Shown: positions 22,157 to 32,168, counted from the stretch's first letter. The stretch: 64,000 nt of DNA from Thalassobaculaceae bacterium (GCA_965228875.1 OZ245843.1:602616-666615); one strand, 5' to 3'. The notes: generated by a model not told the origin, from the letters alone. Numbers and translations: made by a program.

Positions 22157-22336
22157 CATTGCCGACGATCGATCGCGGTTTCGCGGGATCGTAGCGCGGC
22201 GAACCGCACCCGGATCCGCGAAGGTCCGGCCAAATCCGCGCTTGCCCTTGTGGGGCTTGGGCGCTGGAATGCCGTGTCCAGCGGCAGCATCGACGATGCG
22301 CCCGGGCGACCGCACCAAGCAATTGAGGACGGTGCC

Positions 22337-23707
22337 ATGAACGAGCAATCGACCAGGATCTTCCGCGCCGCCAGCCGGGCCAGGTACAACGAAGGCTACA
22401 TGCCCGGCTTCGGCAACGACTTCGAGACCGAGGCGCTCGAGGGGGCGCTGCCGGTCGGGCAGAACTCGCCGCAGCGCTGCCCCTACGGCCTCTATGCCGA
22501 ACAGCTTTCGGGCACGCCGTTCACGGCGCCGCGCGAGACCAACAAGCGGTCCTGGCTGTACCGGATGCGGCCGACGGTGAAGCATATCGGCGACATGGCG
22601 CCGCTGGACCTGCCGTACTGGCGCTCGGCGCCGACGGTGGGGGAGAGCGGGCTGCCGCTGGCGCCGATGCGTTGGGATCCGGCGCCGATCCCCGAGGATG
22701 CCGGCACCTTCCTGACCGGTATGCGCACGATCTCGACCGCCGGCGACGTGTTCACCCAGACGGGTTTCGCGATCCATACCTACGCAGTCACCGAGAGCAT
22801 GGACGCGGAGGTGTTCTGGAACGCCGACGGCGAGATGCTGGTCGTGCCGGAGGTCGGGGCGCTGCGCATCTTCACCGAGATGGGGCTGATCGACATCGCG
22901 CCCGGCGAGATCGCCGTGCTGCCGCGCGGCATCAAGTTCAAGGTCGAACTGGCGGGCGACGAGGCGGCCCGCGGGTACATCTGCGAAAACTATGGCCAGG
23001 CCCTGACCTGTCCCGAGCGCGGGCCGATCGGGGCCAACTGCCTGGCGAACCGACGCGACTTCCTCACGCCGGTGGCGGCGTACGAGCGACGCGACGACAC
23101 TCCCCACCGGGTCGTGGTCAAGTGGTGCGGCGGCTTCAACGCCTGCGAGATCGGACACTCGCCGCTGGACGTGGTCGCGTGGCATGGCAACTACGCGCCG
23201 TACAAGTACAACCTGCGCCATTTCTCGCCGGTCGGACCGGTCCTGAACGATCATGCCGATCCGTCGATCTTCACCGTCCTGACCGCGCCGTCGGGCACGC
23301 CGGGGACGGCCAACATCGACTTCGTGATCTTCCCGCCGCGCTGGATGGTGGCCGAGGACAGCTTCCGCCCACCCTGGTATCACATGAACGTGATGAGCGA
23401 GTTCATGGGGCTGATCGAGGGCGTGTACGATGCCAAGCCCCAGGGCTTCGTGCCGGGCGGCATGTCGCTGCACAACATGATGCTGCCGCACGGCCCCGAC
23501 GCCGAGGCGTTCTACGGCGCGTCGTTCAAGGACCTGAAGCCGGAGAAGCTGGACAACACGCTGGCGTTCATGTTCGAGACCCGCTTCCCGCAGCAGCTGA
23601 CCCGCTATGCCGCCGACCTGCCGACGCTGCAGACCGGGTATCCGGACTGCTGGGGGCCGCTGCGCAACCACTTCGATCCGGCGCGGCCCGTCTGGACCGG
23701 GGAATAG
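22337..23707 (+). CDS. hmgA: Homogentisate 1,2-dioxygenase
   Basis: [56 protein letters not shown]. Confidence 0.96.
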   Translation: MNEQSTRIFRAASRARYNEGYMPGFGNDFETEALEGALPVGQNSPQRCPYGLYAEQLSGTPFTAPRETNKRSWLYRMRPTVKHIGDMAPLDLPYWRSAPTVGESGLPLAPMRWDPAPIPEDAGTFLTGMRTISTAGDVFTQTGFAIHTYAVTESMDAEVFWNADGEMLVVPEVGALRIFTEMGLIDIAPGEIAVLPRGIKFKVELAGDEAARGYICENYGQALTCPERGPIGANCLANRRDFLTPVAAYERRDDTPHRVVVKWCGGFNACEIGHSPLDVVAWHGNYAPYKYNLRHFSPVGPVLNDHADPSIFTVLTAPSGTPGTANIDFVIFPPRWMVAEDSFRPPWYHMNVMSEFMGLIEGVYDAKPQGFVPGGMSLHNMMLPHGPDAEAFYGASFKDLKPEKLDNTLAFMFETRFPQQLTRYAADLPTLQTGYPDCWGPLRNHFDPARPVWTGE

Positions 23708-23853
23708 CGCCAGTGGGCGGTCGGCGCCAGGGACTGCCCAGGGGGCGGATCAGGACCGGTGGACAATCCGCGCTTCAGCCAAGGCTCGTGCGTACCGAAC
23801 AGCCGGGACCGTCGGCCGATGCCGGCGTCGAGGGCAGGGAGGGCGGCACGCCG

Positions 23854-24390
23854 GTGGAGTGGCGCTACACCATGTGCCGGCTCGACACCAATGCCGCGTG
23901 TTTCGGGCCATTCCGCGGTCTGGTCGAGAAATGGCGGTCGCGGATCGACGACGGTCGCCGGCTGCCGCGGCGCGGCGATTTCCATTTCGAGGATTTCGCC
24001 GACTGGCTCGGCCGGGTCTTCATCGCCAAGGTCGAGCGCGATCCCTTCAACCTTCGTTTCACCCTGTGGGGCGTCAAGCTGGTCGAGTGGTGGCGGGTCG
24101 ACTACACCAACAGGACCCTGGGCGAGCTGTCGAACAATCCGGAGCTCTGGCAGCTCACCGAGATCCAGTACTTCGCCCGTATGGACGAGGACCCCTTCAT
24201 CGGCGTCGCGTCGGGCTATCTCTCGCAGCACGGCCGCGGCCATATCAAGGTGCTCGGCCTCGACCTGCCGTTTTCCGACGGCGAGGGACTGACGCACGTC
24301 ATCTCCACGCACATGAAGATCGATCTCGCCGAGAGCATCGAGAATGTGCTCCCCGACTGCCCGATCGAAGATTTCGTGGTCGATACCTGA
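23854..24390 (+). CDS. PAS-fold (PAS_5-like) standalone protein
   Basis: W...RRLPRRGDF..EDF..WLGRVFI..VE...LRFTLWG pattern; GTG start after GGGAGG; real 3' part of the 572-aa track ORF. Confidence 0.6.
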   Translation: MEWRYTMCRLDTNAACFGPFRGLVEKWRSRIDDGRRLPRRGDFHFEDFADWLGRVFIAKVERDPFNLRFTLWGVKLVEWWRVDYTNRTLGELSNNPELWQLTEIQYFARMDEDPFIGVASGYLSQHGRGHIKVLGLDLPFSDGEGLTHVISTHMKIDLAESIENVLPDCPIEDFVVDT

Positions 24391-24657
24391 TCCGACGGCG
24401 CGCGGTCTTTGCCTGGATTTCGGGCAGGTTTTGGCAAATGATTGTGCATGGGATGGTGCTGCCTGGCACTTGGGCAGGCCGTACCTCCCGGATCCCGCAG
24501 GCTGGCGCCCCTGGTCTCGTTTTTGCACCTGCGAACGGTGCCCGTGCGCTCTCCCGTTTGGCCGACACGGCTCCAGGGGAAGGGAGAGGTTCAACGCACG
24601 GCGCAACCAGATGCCCGGCCCATGCGGTCGGGCATGAGACATTCAGGAGAGAGGACC

Positions 24658-25638
24658 ATGGGGATCTTTAGGAACACGGTGATGTCGGCGGTGGCCGGCG
24701 CGTCCATCGCGCTGGCGGCCGGTCAGGCCGCGGCCGCCGACTGGATCATGGCGTCGGGCTATCCGGACAGCAACTTCCACACCCAGAACATCGTGAAGTT
24801 CATCGAGGACGTGGAGGCGACCACCTCGATCAAGATCCAGCTGAATTCCAACGACACGCTGATCAAGCTGGATGCGATCAAGACCGCCCTGCAGCGCGGT
24901 CAGATCCCCATCGGCGAGATCCGTCTTGGCGTCTATGGCAACGAGGATCCGATGTACATCCTCGCCGGCCTGCCGTTCATCGCCGCCAACTACGGCGAGG
25001 CGTGGCTGCTGAAGGATCTCCAGAAGGGGTACTTCGACAAGATCTTCGCCGAGCAGGGCCTGCGCATCCTGTACTACGCGCCGTGGCCGGGTCAGGGCTT
25101 CTACACCAAGTTCCCGGTGACCAGCGTCGAGGACTTCAAGGACAAGAAGCTCCGCATCTATTCGACCGCGACCCAGCAGATGGGTGAGATGCTCGGCTTC
25201 AACGCCACCATCCTGCCGTTCGCCGAGATTCCGCAGGCGTTCTCCACCGGCCTGATCGAGGCCCTGTTCACCAGCCCGCAGACCGGTATCGACATCCAGG
25301 CCTGGGACAACACCTCCAACTTCACCTATGCCGGTGCGATCTTCTCCAAGAACGCCGTCGTCGTGAACGAGTCCTACTTCTCGGCGCTGCCGCTGGAGGA
25401 GCAGATGGCGATGCTGAAGGCCGCCGAGGCCGCCGAGCTGCGGGCCTGGGAGATGAGCGCACAGACGACCGCTGCGCAGATGAAGATCCTCGCCGACAAC
25501 GGCATGGAGACAGCCAGCGCGCCGCCGGCGGTCATCGCCAAGATGAAGGAGATCGGCTCGGCGATGATGGAGACCTGGCGCAAGGATGCCAGTCCCGAGG
25601 CGATCGCGGTTCTCGACCGCTACCTCGCCCTGCAGTGA
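24658..25638 (+). CDS. dctP: TRAP transporter substrate-binding protein
   Basis: Signal peptide, ASGYPDSNFHT, WPGQGFY, KKLRIY, FAEIPQAFSTG. Confidence 0.9.
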   Translation: MGIFRNTVMSAVAGASIALAAGQAAAADWIMASGYPDSNFHTQNIVKFIEDVEATTSIKIQLNSNDTLIKLDAIKTALQRGQIPIGEIRLGVYGNEDPMYILAGLPFIAANYGEAWLLKDLQKGYFDKIFAEQGLRILYYAPWPGQGFYTKFPVTSVEDFKDKKLRIYSTATQQMGEMLGFNATILPFAEIPQAFSTGLIEALFTSPQTGIDIQAWDNTSNFTYAGAIFSKNAVVVNESYFSALPLEEQMAMLKAAEAAELRAWEMSAQTTAAQMKILADNGMETASAPPAVIAKMKEIGSAMMETWRKDASPEAIAVLDRYLALQ

Positions 25639-25683
25639 TGCCGGTGCAGTGATGCCCGCGCAGTGATGCACGCGCAGTGATGC
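25632..25683 (+). repeat. Four copies of GCAGTGATGC at a 14-bp period
   Basis: Copies start at 25632, 25646, 25660 and 25674, with spacers cggt/ccgc/acgc; the first copy contains the dctP stop codon. Confidence 0.9.
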
Positions 25684-25754
25684 TTGCGACCGCCGGCTCA
25701 CGGACCGAGCCGGCGGTCCCCTCCGTCTGACCCCCACCAGCAGGACGCGCTCCC

Positions 25755-26309
25755 ATGCGCCACACGCTCAACCGCCTCTATCTCTGGAGCGGATACCTTT
25801 CGGCCGTCTTCCTCGTCGGCATCGCGCTCACCATCGTCGCCCAGGTCGTCGCCCGGTTCTTTCCCAAGCTGATCGTCATCGATTCGACGGAGAGCGCCGG
25901 GTTCTGTCTCGCCGCCTCGACCTTTCTCGGCCTCGCCTACACGTTCCGTCACGGCGCCCATATCCGGGTGACGCTGGTGACACGGCTGGCGGCCGGAGCG
26001 CTCGACCGGCTGGTGCACATCTGGAGCCTGACGCTGTTTGCGCTGGTCATGGGGACGATGACCTACTGGTCCTTCGATCTCGTCTATTTCTCGTACAAAT
26101 TCAACGACATCAGTCCCGGTCTGCTGGCCATTCCCTTCTGGATCCCGCGCTCGGCCATGGCGATCGGATCGCTGATCCTGCTGATCGCGCTGATCGACGA
26201 ACTGATTTCGGTCATCCGCGGCCGGGTGCCGATCTACGTGGAGAACGACATGCCGGCCTTCGAGGCCCATGACGACACGCCCGCCTCCCTGGACGAGGAG
26301 CGCCGCTGA
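25755..26309 (+). CDS. dctQ: TRAP transporter small permease
   Basis: Four TM segments, GAHIRV motif, operon position. Confidence 0.9.
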   Translation: MRHTLNRLYLWSGYLSAVFLVGIALTIVAQVVARFFPKLIVIDSTESAGFCLAASTFLGLAYTFRHGAHIRVTLVTRLAAGALDRLVHIWSLTLFALVMGTMTYWSFDLVYFSYKFNDISPGLLAIPFWIPRSAMAIGSLILLIALIDELISVIRGRVPIYVENDMPAFEAHDDTPASLDEERR

Positions 26310-27613
26310 TGGATGCCGGTCTGATCTCCGCGATCCTGTTCGTGCTGCTGCTGGCGCTGCTGGCCTCCGGGCTCTGGGTGGCGCCGACCCTGATCGCCGT
26401 CGGCTACGTGGCGCTCGGCTATTTCTCGCCGGCTCCGGCGGGAACGCTGCTGGCCAGCAGCGTGTGGGATGCGAGTTGGAACTGGGCGCTGACCGCGCTG
26501 CCGCTTTTCGTGTGGATGGGAGAGATCCTGTTCCGCACCCGGCTGTCGTCGGACATGTTCAACGGTCTCGCACCGTGGACGTCGCGGCTGCCGGGCGGGC
26601 TGCTGCACGTCAACATCCTGGGCTGCGGCGTCATGGCGGCGGTGGCCGGCTCCAGCGCGGTGACCTGCGCCACGGTCGGCCGGATGAGCATGCCGGAGCT
26701 GCGCAAGCGCGGCTACGATGAGGGCCTCGCGATCGGCACGCTCGCCGGTTCGGGGACGCTCGGTCTCCTGATACCGCCGTCGATCATGCTGATCGTCTAC
26801 GGCGTCGTCGCGCAGGTGTCGATCTCGCGCCTGTTCATCGCCGGCATCGTGCCCGGCATCATGATCATCGCGATCTTCATGGGCTATGTGGCGATCCGGG
26901 CATCGCTGAACCCCTCCCTCGCGCCGAAGCCCGACCGCCACATGGGGTTCGCCGAGAAGCTCTGGGCGTCGCGCTTCCTGATTCCGGTCATGGGCCTGAT
27001 CTTCGTCGTGCTTGGCTCGATCTACGGCGGGTTCGCGACGCCGACCGAGGCCGCGACAATCGGCGTGATCGGTGCGCTGATCCTGGCGGCGATCACCCGG
27101 TCGCTCACCTGGTCCTCCTTCATGGAGAGCCTGATGGGGGCGGTGCGGACCTCCTGCATGATCGCCTTCATCCTGGCGGGTGCGGCCTTCCTGTCCATCG
27201 CCATGGGCTTTACCGGCGTGCCGCGGGTTCTGGCCGGCTATGTCGAGGCGTGGAACCTGTCTCCTTTCGCGCTGATCGCGCTGCTGACGGTGCTGTACAT
27301 CTTCCTCGGCTGTTTCCTCGACGGGGTCTCCATGATGGTGCTGACCGCGGCGGTGGTGCTGCCCATGGTGGAGAAGGCGGGGATCGACCTGCTGTGGTTC
27401 GGTATCTTCACCGTCATCGTGGTGGAGATGGCGCAGATCACGCCGCCGGTCGGCTTCAACCTGTTCGTGCTCCAGGGCATGACCGGGCGCGACATCCTGA
27501 AGGTCACGAAGGCGGCGATGCCGTTCTTCGCCCTGATGCTGCTCGGCATTCTCATCATCACCCTGGTGCCGGAGATCGTGCTCGCCCCGGTGCAGTTCAT
27601 GATCAGCCGGTAG
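26309..27613 (+). CDS. dctM: TRAP transporter large permease
   Basis: ALPLFVWMG, GTLGLLIPPS, TPTEAA, ITPPVGFNLFV. Confidence 0.93.
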   Translation: MDAGLISAILFVLLLALLASGLWVAPTLIAVGYVALGYFSPAPAGTLLASSVWDASWNWALTALPLFVWMGEILFRTRLSSDMFNGLAPWTSRLPGGLLHVNILGCGVMAAVAGSSAVTCATVGRMSMPELRKRGYDEGLAIGTLAGSGTLGLLIPPSIMLIVYGVVAQVSISRLFIAGIVPGIMIIAIFMGYVAIRASLNPSLAPKPDRHMGFAEKLWASRFLIPVMGLIFVVLGSIYGGFATPTEAATIGVIGALILAAITRSLTWSSFMESLMGAVRTSCMIAFILAGAAFLSIAMGFTGVPRVLAGYVEAWNLSPFALIALLTVLYIFLGCFLDGVSMMVLTAAVVLPMVEKAGIDLLWFGIFTVIVVEMAQITPPVGFNLFVLQGMTGRDILKVTKAAMPFFALMLLGILIITLVPEIVLAPVQFMISR

Positions 27614-27632
27614 GAGGGAGGGCCGCCGCCCG

Positions 27633-28544
27633 CTATGCGGGATCGGGAAACGCCGGCAGGCCCTCCAGTCGGCGCCAATGGCGGGCGATGTCGTCGCGTC
27701 GCGCGATCCAGATACCGCCCTTGGCGGCGATGTGGTCGAGCACCTGGGCGAGGCCGGCGATCCGGCCCGGCCGGCCGATGATCCGCAGGTGCAGGCCGAT
27801 GGTCATCATCTTCGGCGCCGTGCGTCCTTCCTCCCACAGCCAGTCGATGGCGTCGCAGCAGTAGCGCGCGAAGTCGCTGGCGAAGTGGAAACCGCCGGCG
27901 CGCTGGAAGCGCATGTCGTTGGTGTCGAAGGAATAGGGCAGAACGACGTGCGGCCGGTCGGCGACATCGAGCACGAAGGGCAGGTCGTCGCCGTAGTGGT
28001 CGCTGTCGTAAAGGAAGCCGCCCTCCTCGACCAGCAGGCGGCGGGTGTTCGGGCTGGCGGCCGAGCGGGTGTGCCAGCCCACCGGTCGAATCCCGGCGGC
28101 GGCGCGGATCTCGTCGACGCAGCGCGCGATCAGCGTCCGCTCGTGATCTTCCGCCATGTTGGCGTGCCGCTCCCATCGATAGGAGTGGCAGGCGATCTCA
28201 TGACCGCGCGCGACCGCGTCCTCGGCGAGCCAGGGCGACAGGGTGAGGGCGCGGGCGCAGCAGTTCATCTGCGCCTTGGCCCCGTGCCGATCGAACAGAT
28301 CCATGATCCGCCAGTAGCCGGCCCGGGTGCCGTAGTCGAAATGGGTGTCCTTCGCCGGGTCCGGCGCGCCCGTCACCTCCTCGACGATTTCGTAGACCGC
28401 CTCGTTGCGCTCGTCACCGAGGGACACGGAAAGCTCGGCACCTTCCTCGACATTGACCACGAACGAGACGGCGAGGCGCGCGTCGCCCGGCCAGCGGGGG
28501 TGCGGCGGGGTGCCGCCATAGCCTTTCAGGTCGCGGCCCGTCAT
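27633..28544 (-). CDS. Polysaccharide deacetylase family, PuuE (allantoinase)-like amidohydrolase
   Basis: RDLKGYGGTPPHPRWPGDARLAVSFVVNVEEG, HEIACHSYRW, YDSDHYGDDLP, PYSFDTNDMRF, GLHLRIIGRPGR. Confidence 0.85.
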   Translation of the reverse strand: MTGRDLKGYGGTPPHPRWPGDARLAVSFVVNVEEGAELSVSLGDERNEAVYEIVEEVTGAPDPAKDTHFDYGTRAGYWRIMDLFDRHGAKAQMNCCARALTLSPWLAEDAVARGHEIACHSYRWERHANMAEDHERTLIARCVDEIRAAAGIRPVGWHTRSAASPNTRRLLVEEGGFLYDSDHYGDDLPFVLDVADRPHVVLPYSFDTNDMRFQRAGGFHFASDFARYCCDAIDWLWEEGRTAPKMMTIGLHLRIIGRPGRIAGLAQVLDHIAAKGGIWIARRDDIARHWRRLEGLPAFPDPA

Positions 28545-29233
28545 CCGATCCCTCCCGCAGCGAGCCGGGTCTTCAGCGCCCGCGCCGCCGCCGGTACCGG
28601 CTCGACCACGGGGAGGTCCGCCTCGGCAACCAGCGTCCGCGCCGCCTGGGCCAGCGGGCCACCGCCGACGATAACCGCACCGACCGACAGCCGCGTCGCC
28701 GCGTCGGCCAGCATCGCCCGAAGCGTCGACAGCAGCAGCGCCGGATCGCCCATGACCCGGTGCGGATCGCCCTCGATCGTGAGGATCCCGGCAAGCCGCT
28801 CCGCTTCGCCGTAGCGCGCGGCCAGATCGCGCATTCGGGCGTCCAGATCCGGTGTCGTCGACAGGATGGCGAACCGGCCGTGGCGGCCAGCCTCGTGCAT
28901 GGCGGCCTCGGCGATGCCGACGACCGGCACGTCCAACAACGCCCGCAGCTCGGCCAGACCGGGGTCGAGGAAGGCGGAGAGGATCACGCCCTCCGCGGGA
29001 TCGTGTCCGGCGCCGAAGGTCCGCAGCAGGGCGGCGACCGCGCGCGCGGCGCCGGCGTCGTCGGTGATGATCGGCGGCGCGTCCGCGTTGGTCAGCGTCT
29101 CGAGCGTCCAGTTCGGTCCGAGGGTCTCGCGCGCGAAGGCGGCCATCATCTCGGTCGATGCCACGCTGCTGTTCGGGTTGACCAGAAGGACGCGGCGGCC
29201 TTCGGCCGGAGGCCGGACGGAACGGGCGCTCAC
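28541..29233 (-). CDS. Asp/Glu/hydantoin racemase-family protein lacking both catalytic Cys
   Basis: LLVNPNSS...T..M, SAFLDPGL, PVVGIAEAAM, IVGGGPL; overlaps the downstream gene by 4 nt. Confidence 0.82.
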   Translation of the reverse strand: MSARSVRPPAEGRRVLLVNPNSSVASTEMMAAFARETLGPNWTLETLTNADAPPIITDDAGAARAVAALLRTFGAGHDPAEGVILSAFLDPGLAELRALLDVPVVGIAEAAMHEAGRHGRFAILSTTPDLDARMRDLAARYGEAERLAGILTIEGDPHRVMGDPALLLSTLRAMLADAATRLSVGAVIVGGGPLAQAARTLVAEADLPVVEPVPAAARALKTRLAAGGIG

Positions 29234-29251
29234 GGAACCGGCGGCCAGGGG

Positions 29252-29668
29252 TCAGCCCTCCTCGAAGCGGATCGGCTGTGCGCCTTCCCACAGGCAGAGC
29301 CTGCCGAGCGCGGCGAGGTTCTCCAGGCCCGAGGTCAGGGTGATGAAGTGGTTGCCGGCGAGCTGGCCCATCTTCGAGGCGAAGTGGACGCCGCCATAGG
29401 CCAGCAGGATCTCCGTCTCGCTGATGCCGCCGGGATAGAGAATGATCTGGCCCGGCGCGGGATAGCTCGTGTGGTTCTCGTAGGAGACGCCGAAATCCAA
29501 GTCGCCGAGCGGCAGCCACACGCCTTCGCCGCTCCAGCGCACATGAACCGCCTTGCTGACGAAGGGCATCTGGGCGCGGAACGCGGCGACGGTCTTCGGC
29601 GCCAACTCCTCCTCGAACCTGGCATCGAAGGCGAACGGTCCGGCGGTCACGGTCAGGGAACTCGGCAT
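29252..29668 (-). CDS. DUF3830-family (cyclophilin-like fold) protein
   Basis: APKTVAAF...HVRWSGEGVW...ENHTSYPAPGQIILYPGGISETEILLAYG...GQLAGNHF. Confidence 0.85.
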   Translation of the reverse strand: MPSSLTVTAGPFAFDARFEEELAPKTVAAFRAQMPFVSKAVHVRWSGEGVWLPLGDLDFGVSYENHTSYPAPGQIILYPGGISETEILLAYGGVHFASKMGQLAGNHFITLTSGLENLAALGRLCLWEGAQPIRFEEG

Positions 29669-29863
29669 GGCGTATCCGGTGCGCGGAAGAGGAAAAGGCG
29701 TATGTGGCATAAGCCTGCCCCGCGGTTCGCTGCACTGCAAGATGGTTGGTGAACGCCCCGGTTCGAGGCGCGGGAATGTGAGGTTTCCACCGGTGGACAG
29801 GTTCCGGTGCCTGGTTCAGACTTTCCTGGGAGGTGGGGCGCCGACGTCCCTTGGGAGAAGCCC

Positions 29864-30439
29864 ATGAGAGAGTTCAAGGTGTCCATTCGGTCGGCCGAGA
29901 CCGCCGATGCGATCGGGTTGGCCCGGGTTCAGGTGGAGACCTGGCGCGATGCCTATGTCGGCGTGCTGCCGGACGAGTCGCTGGTCGATCTCGACGAGAT
30001 GCGGGCGGCGGTGCGCTGGACGCGGTTGGTTTCGATCCTCGAGGAGCCGGAGCGGCTGTCGGTCGCCGAGCTCGACGGCGATCTGGTCGGTTTCTGCCAC
30101 GGCGGCGAGGGGCGCCGCGCGGTGACCAAGGCGGTCGGCGCCGGCGATCGCATGGCCGAGGTCTACGCCCTCTATGTCGACCCCAACTACCAGGGCATGG
30201 GCATCGGGCGGGCGCTGCTCGGCCACGTGGCCCAGGGCTTCGAGTCGGACGGGTTCGAGGCGGTGACGATCCTCACCCTCGAGGCCAACCGCCATGGCCG
30301 GCGCTTCTACGAAAGCCTGGGCGGCGAGGCGGGCGAGGCGGTCGCCTCGGTCGTCAGCGGCGTTCCGGCGGAGCAGATTCCCTATCTCTGGACCGACCTC
30401 TCGTCGCTCGTGCGGCGGATCGAGATGGCCGGAGGGTGA
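29864..30439 (+). CDS. GNAT-family N-acetyltransferase
   Basis: ETWRDAY, EVYALYVDPNYQGMGIGRALL (motif A), N..GRRFYESLG. Confidence 0.88.
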   Translation: MREFKVSIRSAETADAIGLARVQVETWRDAYVGVLPDESLVDLDEMRAAVRWTRLVSILEEPERLSVAELDGDLVGFCHGGEGRRAVTKAVGAGDRMAEVYALYVDPNYQGMGIGRALLGHVAQGFESDGFEAVTILTLEANRHGRRFYESLGGEAGEAVASVVSGVPAEQIPYLWTDLSSLVRRIEMAGG

Positions 30440-30544
30440 GCTCCCGCACGACCCGTCGCGGCCGGCCTCAGACCGCGCTTGCCCGGCCCCTGAGCATGGA
30501 GTAGCTTCCGGCGCTTCCTGAGCTAACCGCCTTGGGGGCGCCCG

Positions 30545-32092
30545 ATGACCGATCGCGTACTCATTCTCGATTTCGGCAGCCAGGTCACCCAGCTGATCGC
30601 CCGCCGGGTTCGCGAGAACGGCGTCTACTGCGAGATCTTCCCCTTCAACGTCGAACCCGACCGGATCCGCGCGTTCGGACCGGCCGGCGTGATCCTGTCC
30701 GGCGGTCCTGCCTCGGTCTACGGCGAGAACGCGCCCCGCGCCCCGGAGATCGTGTTCGATCTCGGCGTGCCGGTCCTCGGCATCTGCTACGGCGAGCAGA
30801 TCATCTGCCATCAGCTCGGCGGCACGGTCGAGCAGAGCGACGAGCAAGAGTTCGGCCGCGCCGAGATCACGGTGACCGACACCTGCCTTCTGTTCGACGA
30901 CCTGTTCGTCGCCGGCACGGTCGAGCCGGTCTGGATGAGTCATGGCGACCGCATCGCCGCCATGCCGCCGGGCTTCAAGGTCGTCGCCAACAACCCGACG
31001 GCCCCCTATGCCGCCATCGCCAACGACGAGAAGCGGATCTACGGCGTGCAGTTCCATCCCGAGGTGGTGCACACCCCGCGCGGCGGCCAACTCCTGCGCA
31101 ATTTCACCCACAATGTGGTCGGCCTGAAGGGCGACTGGACAATGGCGGCGTTCAAGGACCAGGCGATCGCCCGGATCCGCGAGCAGGTTGGCGACGGCAG
31201 GGTGATCTGCGGCCTGTCCGGCGGCGTCGACAGTTCGGTAGCGGCCGTCCTGATCCACGAGGCGATCGGCGATCAGCTCACCTGCGTCTTCGTCGATCAC
31301 GGTCTGCTGCGTGCCGGCGAGGCGGAGGAGGTCGACCGTCTGTTCCGCCAGCACTACAACATCCCGCTGATCAGCCGCGATGCCAGCGACGTCTTCCTGA
31401 AGGAGCTCGACGGGGTCGAGGATCCGGAGGTCAAGCGCAAGACCATCGGCCGTCTGTTCATCGACGTTTTCGACGAGGAGGCCCACAGGATCGACGGCGC
31501 GCGCTTCCTCGCCCAGGGCACCCTGTACCCCGACGTGATCGAGAGCGTGTCGCCGACCGGCGGTCCGTCGGTCACCATCAAGTCGCACCACAATGTCGGT
31601 GGCCTTCCGGACTACATGAAACTGCAGCTGGTCGAGCCGCTGCGCGAGCTGTTCAAGGACGAGGTGCGCGAACTCGGCCGCGAGCTCGGCCTGCCGGAGA
31701 CCCTGGTCGGACGTCATCCGTTCCCGGGGCCGGGCCTCGCCATCCGCATTCCCGGCGCCATCACCCGCGAGAAGCTCGATATCCTGCGCAAGGCCGACGC
31801 GATCTATCTCGACGAAATCCGCAAGGCCGGCCTGTACGACGAGATCTGGCAGGCCTTCGCGGTGCTGCTGCCGGTGAAGACGGTCGGCGTAATGGGCGAC
31901 GCCCGGACCTACGACCATGTCTGCGCGCTGCGGGCCGTCACCTCCAGCGACGGGATGACGGCGGACTACTACCCGTTCCCCCACGACTTCCTCGGCCGCA
32001 CCGCCACCCGCATCATCAACGAGGTGCGCGGCATCAACCGGGTCACCTACGACATCACGAGCAAGCCGCCCGGCACGATCGAGTGGGAGTGA
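30545..32092 (+). CDS. guaA: GMP synthase (glutamine-hydrolysing)
   Basis: [43 protein letters not shown]. Confidence 0.98.
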   Translation: MTDRVLILDFGSQVTQLIARRVRENGVYCEIFPFNVEPDRIRAFGPAGVILSGGPASVYGENAPRAPEIVFDLGVPVLGICYGEQIICHQLGGTVEQSDEQEFGRAEITVTDTCLLFDDLFVAGTVEPVWMSHGDRIAAMPPGFKVVANNPTAPYAAIANDEKRIYGVQFHPEVVHTPRGGQLLRNFTHNVVGLKGDWTMAAFKDQAIARIREQVGDGRVICGLSGGVDSSVAAVLIHEAIGDQLTCVFVDHGLLRAGEAEEVDRLFRQHYNIPLISRDASDVFLKELDGVEDPEVKRKTIGRLFIDVFDEEAHRIDGARFLAQGTLYPDVIESVSPTGGPSVTIKSHHNVGGLPDYMKLQLVEPLRELFKDEVRELGRELGLPETLVGRHPFPGPGLAIRIPGAITREKLDILRKADAIYLDEIRKAGLYDEIWQAFAVLLPVKTVGVMGDARTYDHVCALRAVTSSDGMTADYYPFPHDFLGRTATRIINEVRGINRVTYDITSKPPGTIEWE

Positions 32093-32168
32093 GGCCGCAC
32101 CCGACCCCCACTCCCGCCCCATTCCCGTCGCCGATCCGCGGGACGGTCACTCAGACATCGGACCGCCG

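Noticed and set aside
19724..23671. Very long antisense ORFs (1315 aa here; also 2819-5866, 10342-13602, 40301-43549 and many more)
   Set aside because: Shadow frames of well-supported opposite-strand genes in high-GC DNA; low-complexity Arg/Gly/Ala translations without motifs
22672..24390. 572-aa ORF overlapping hmgA
   Set aside because: The 5' part is an off-frame read of hmgA; only 23854-24390 looks coding
24432..24447. Sigma-54 promoter upstream of dctP (TGGCAAATGATTGTGC); also TGGCATAAGCCTGC near 29705
   Set aside because: GG-to-GC spacing is 11 and 9 nt respectively, not the required 10
25632..25683. Repeat-spacer pattern as a mini CRISPR array
   Set aside because: 10-bp repeats with 4-bp spacers are far too short, and no cas genes are present
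27633..29735. 700-aa ORF suggesting a large fusion protein
   Set aside because: Only the last ~303 codons (from 28544) are PuuE-like; the upstream part overlaps the racemase and DUF3830 genes in other frames
29864..30439. GNAT as a toxin of a toxin-antitoxin pair
   Set aside because: No adjacent antitoxin-like (RHH/DUF1778) gene; the sequence resembles ordinary small-molecule acetyltransferases
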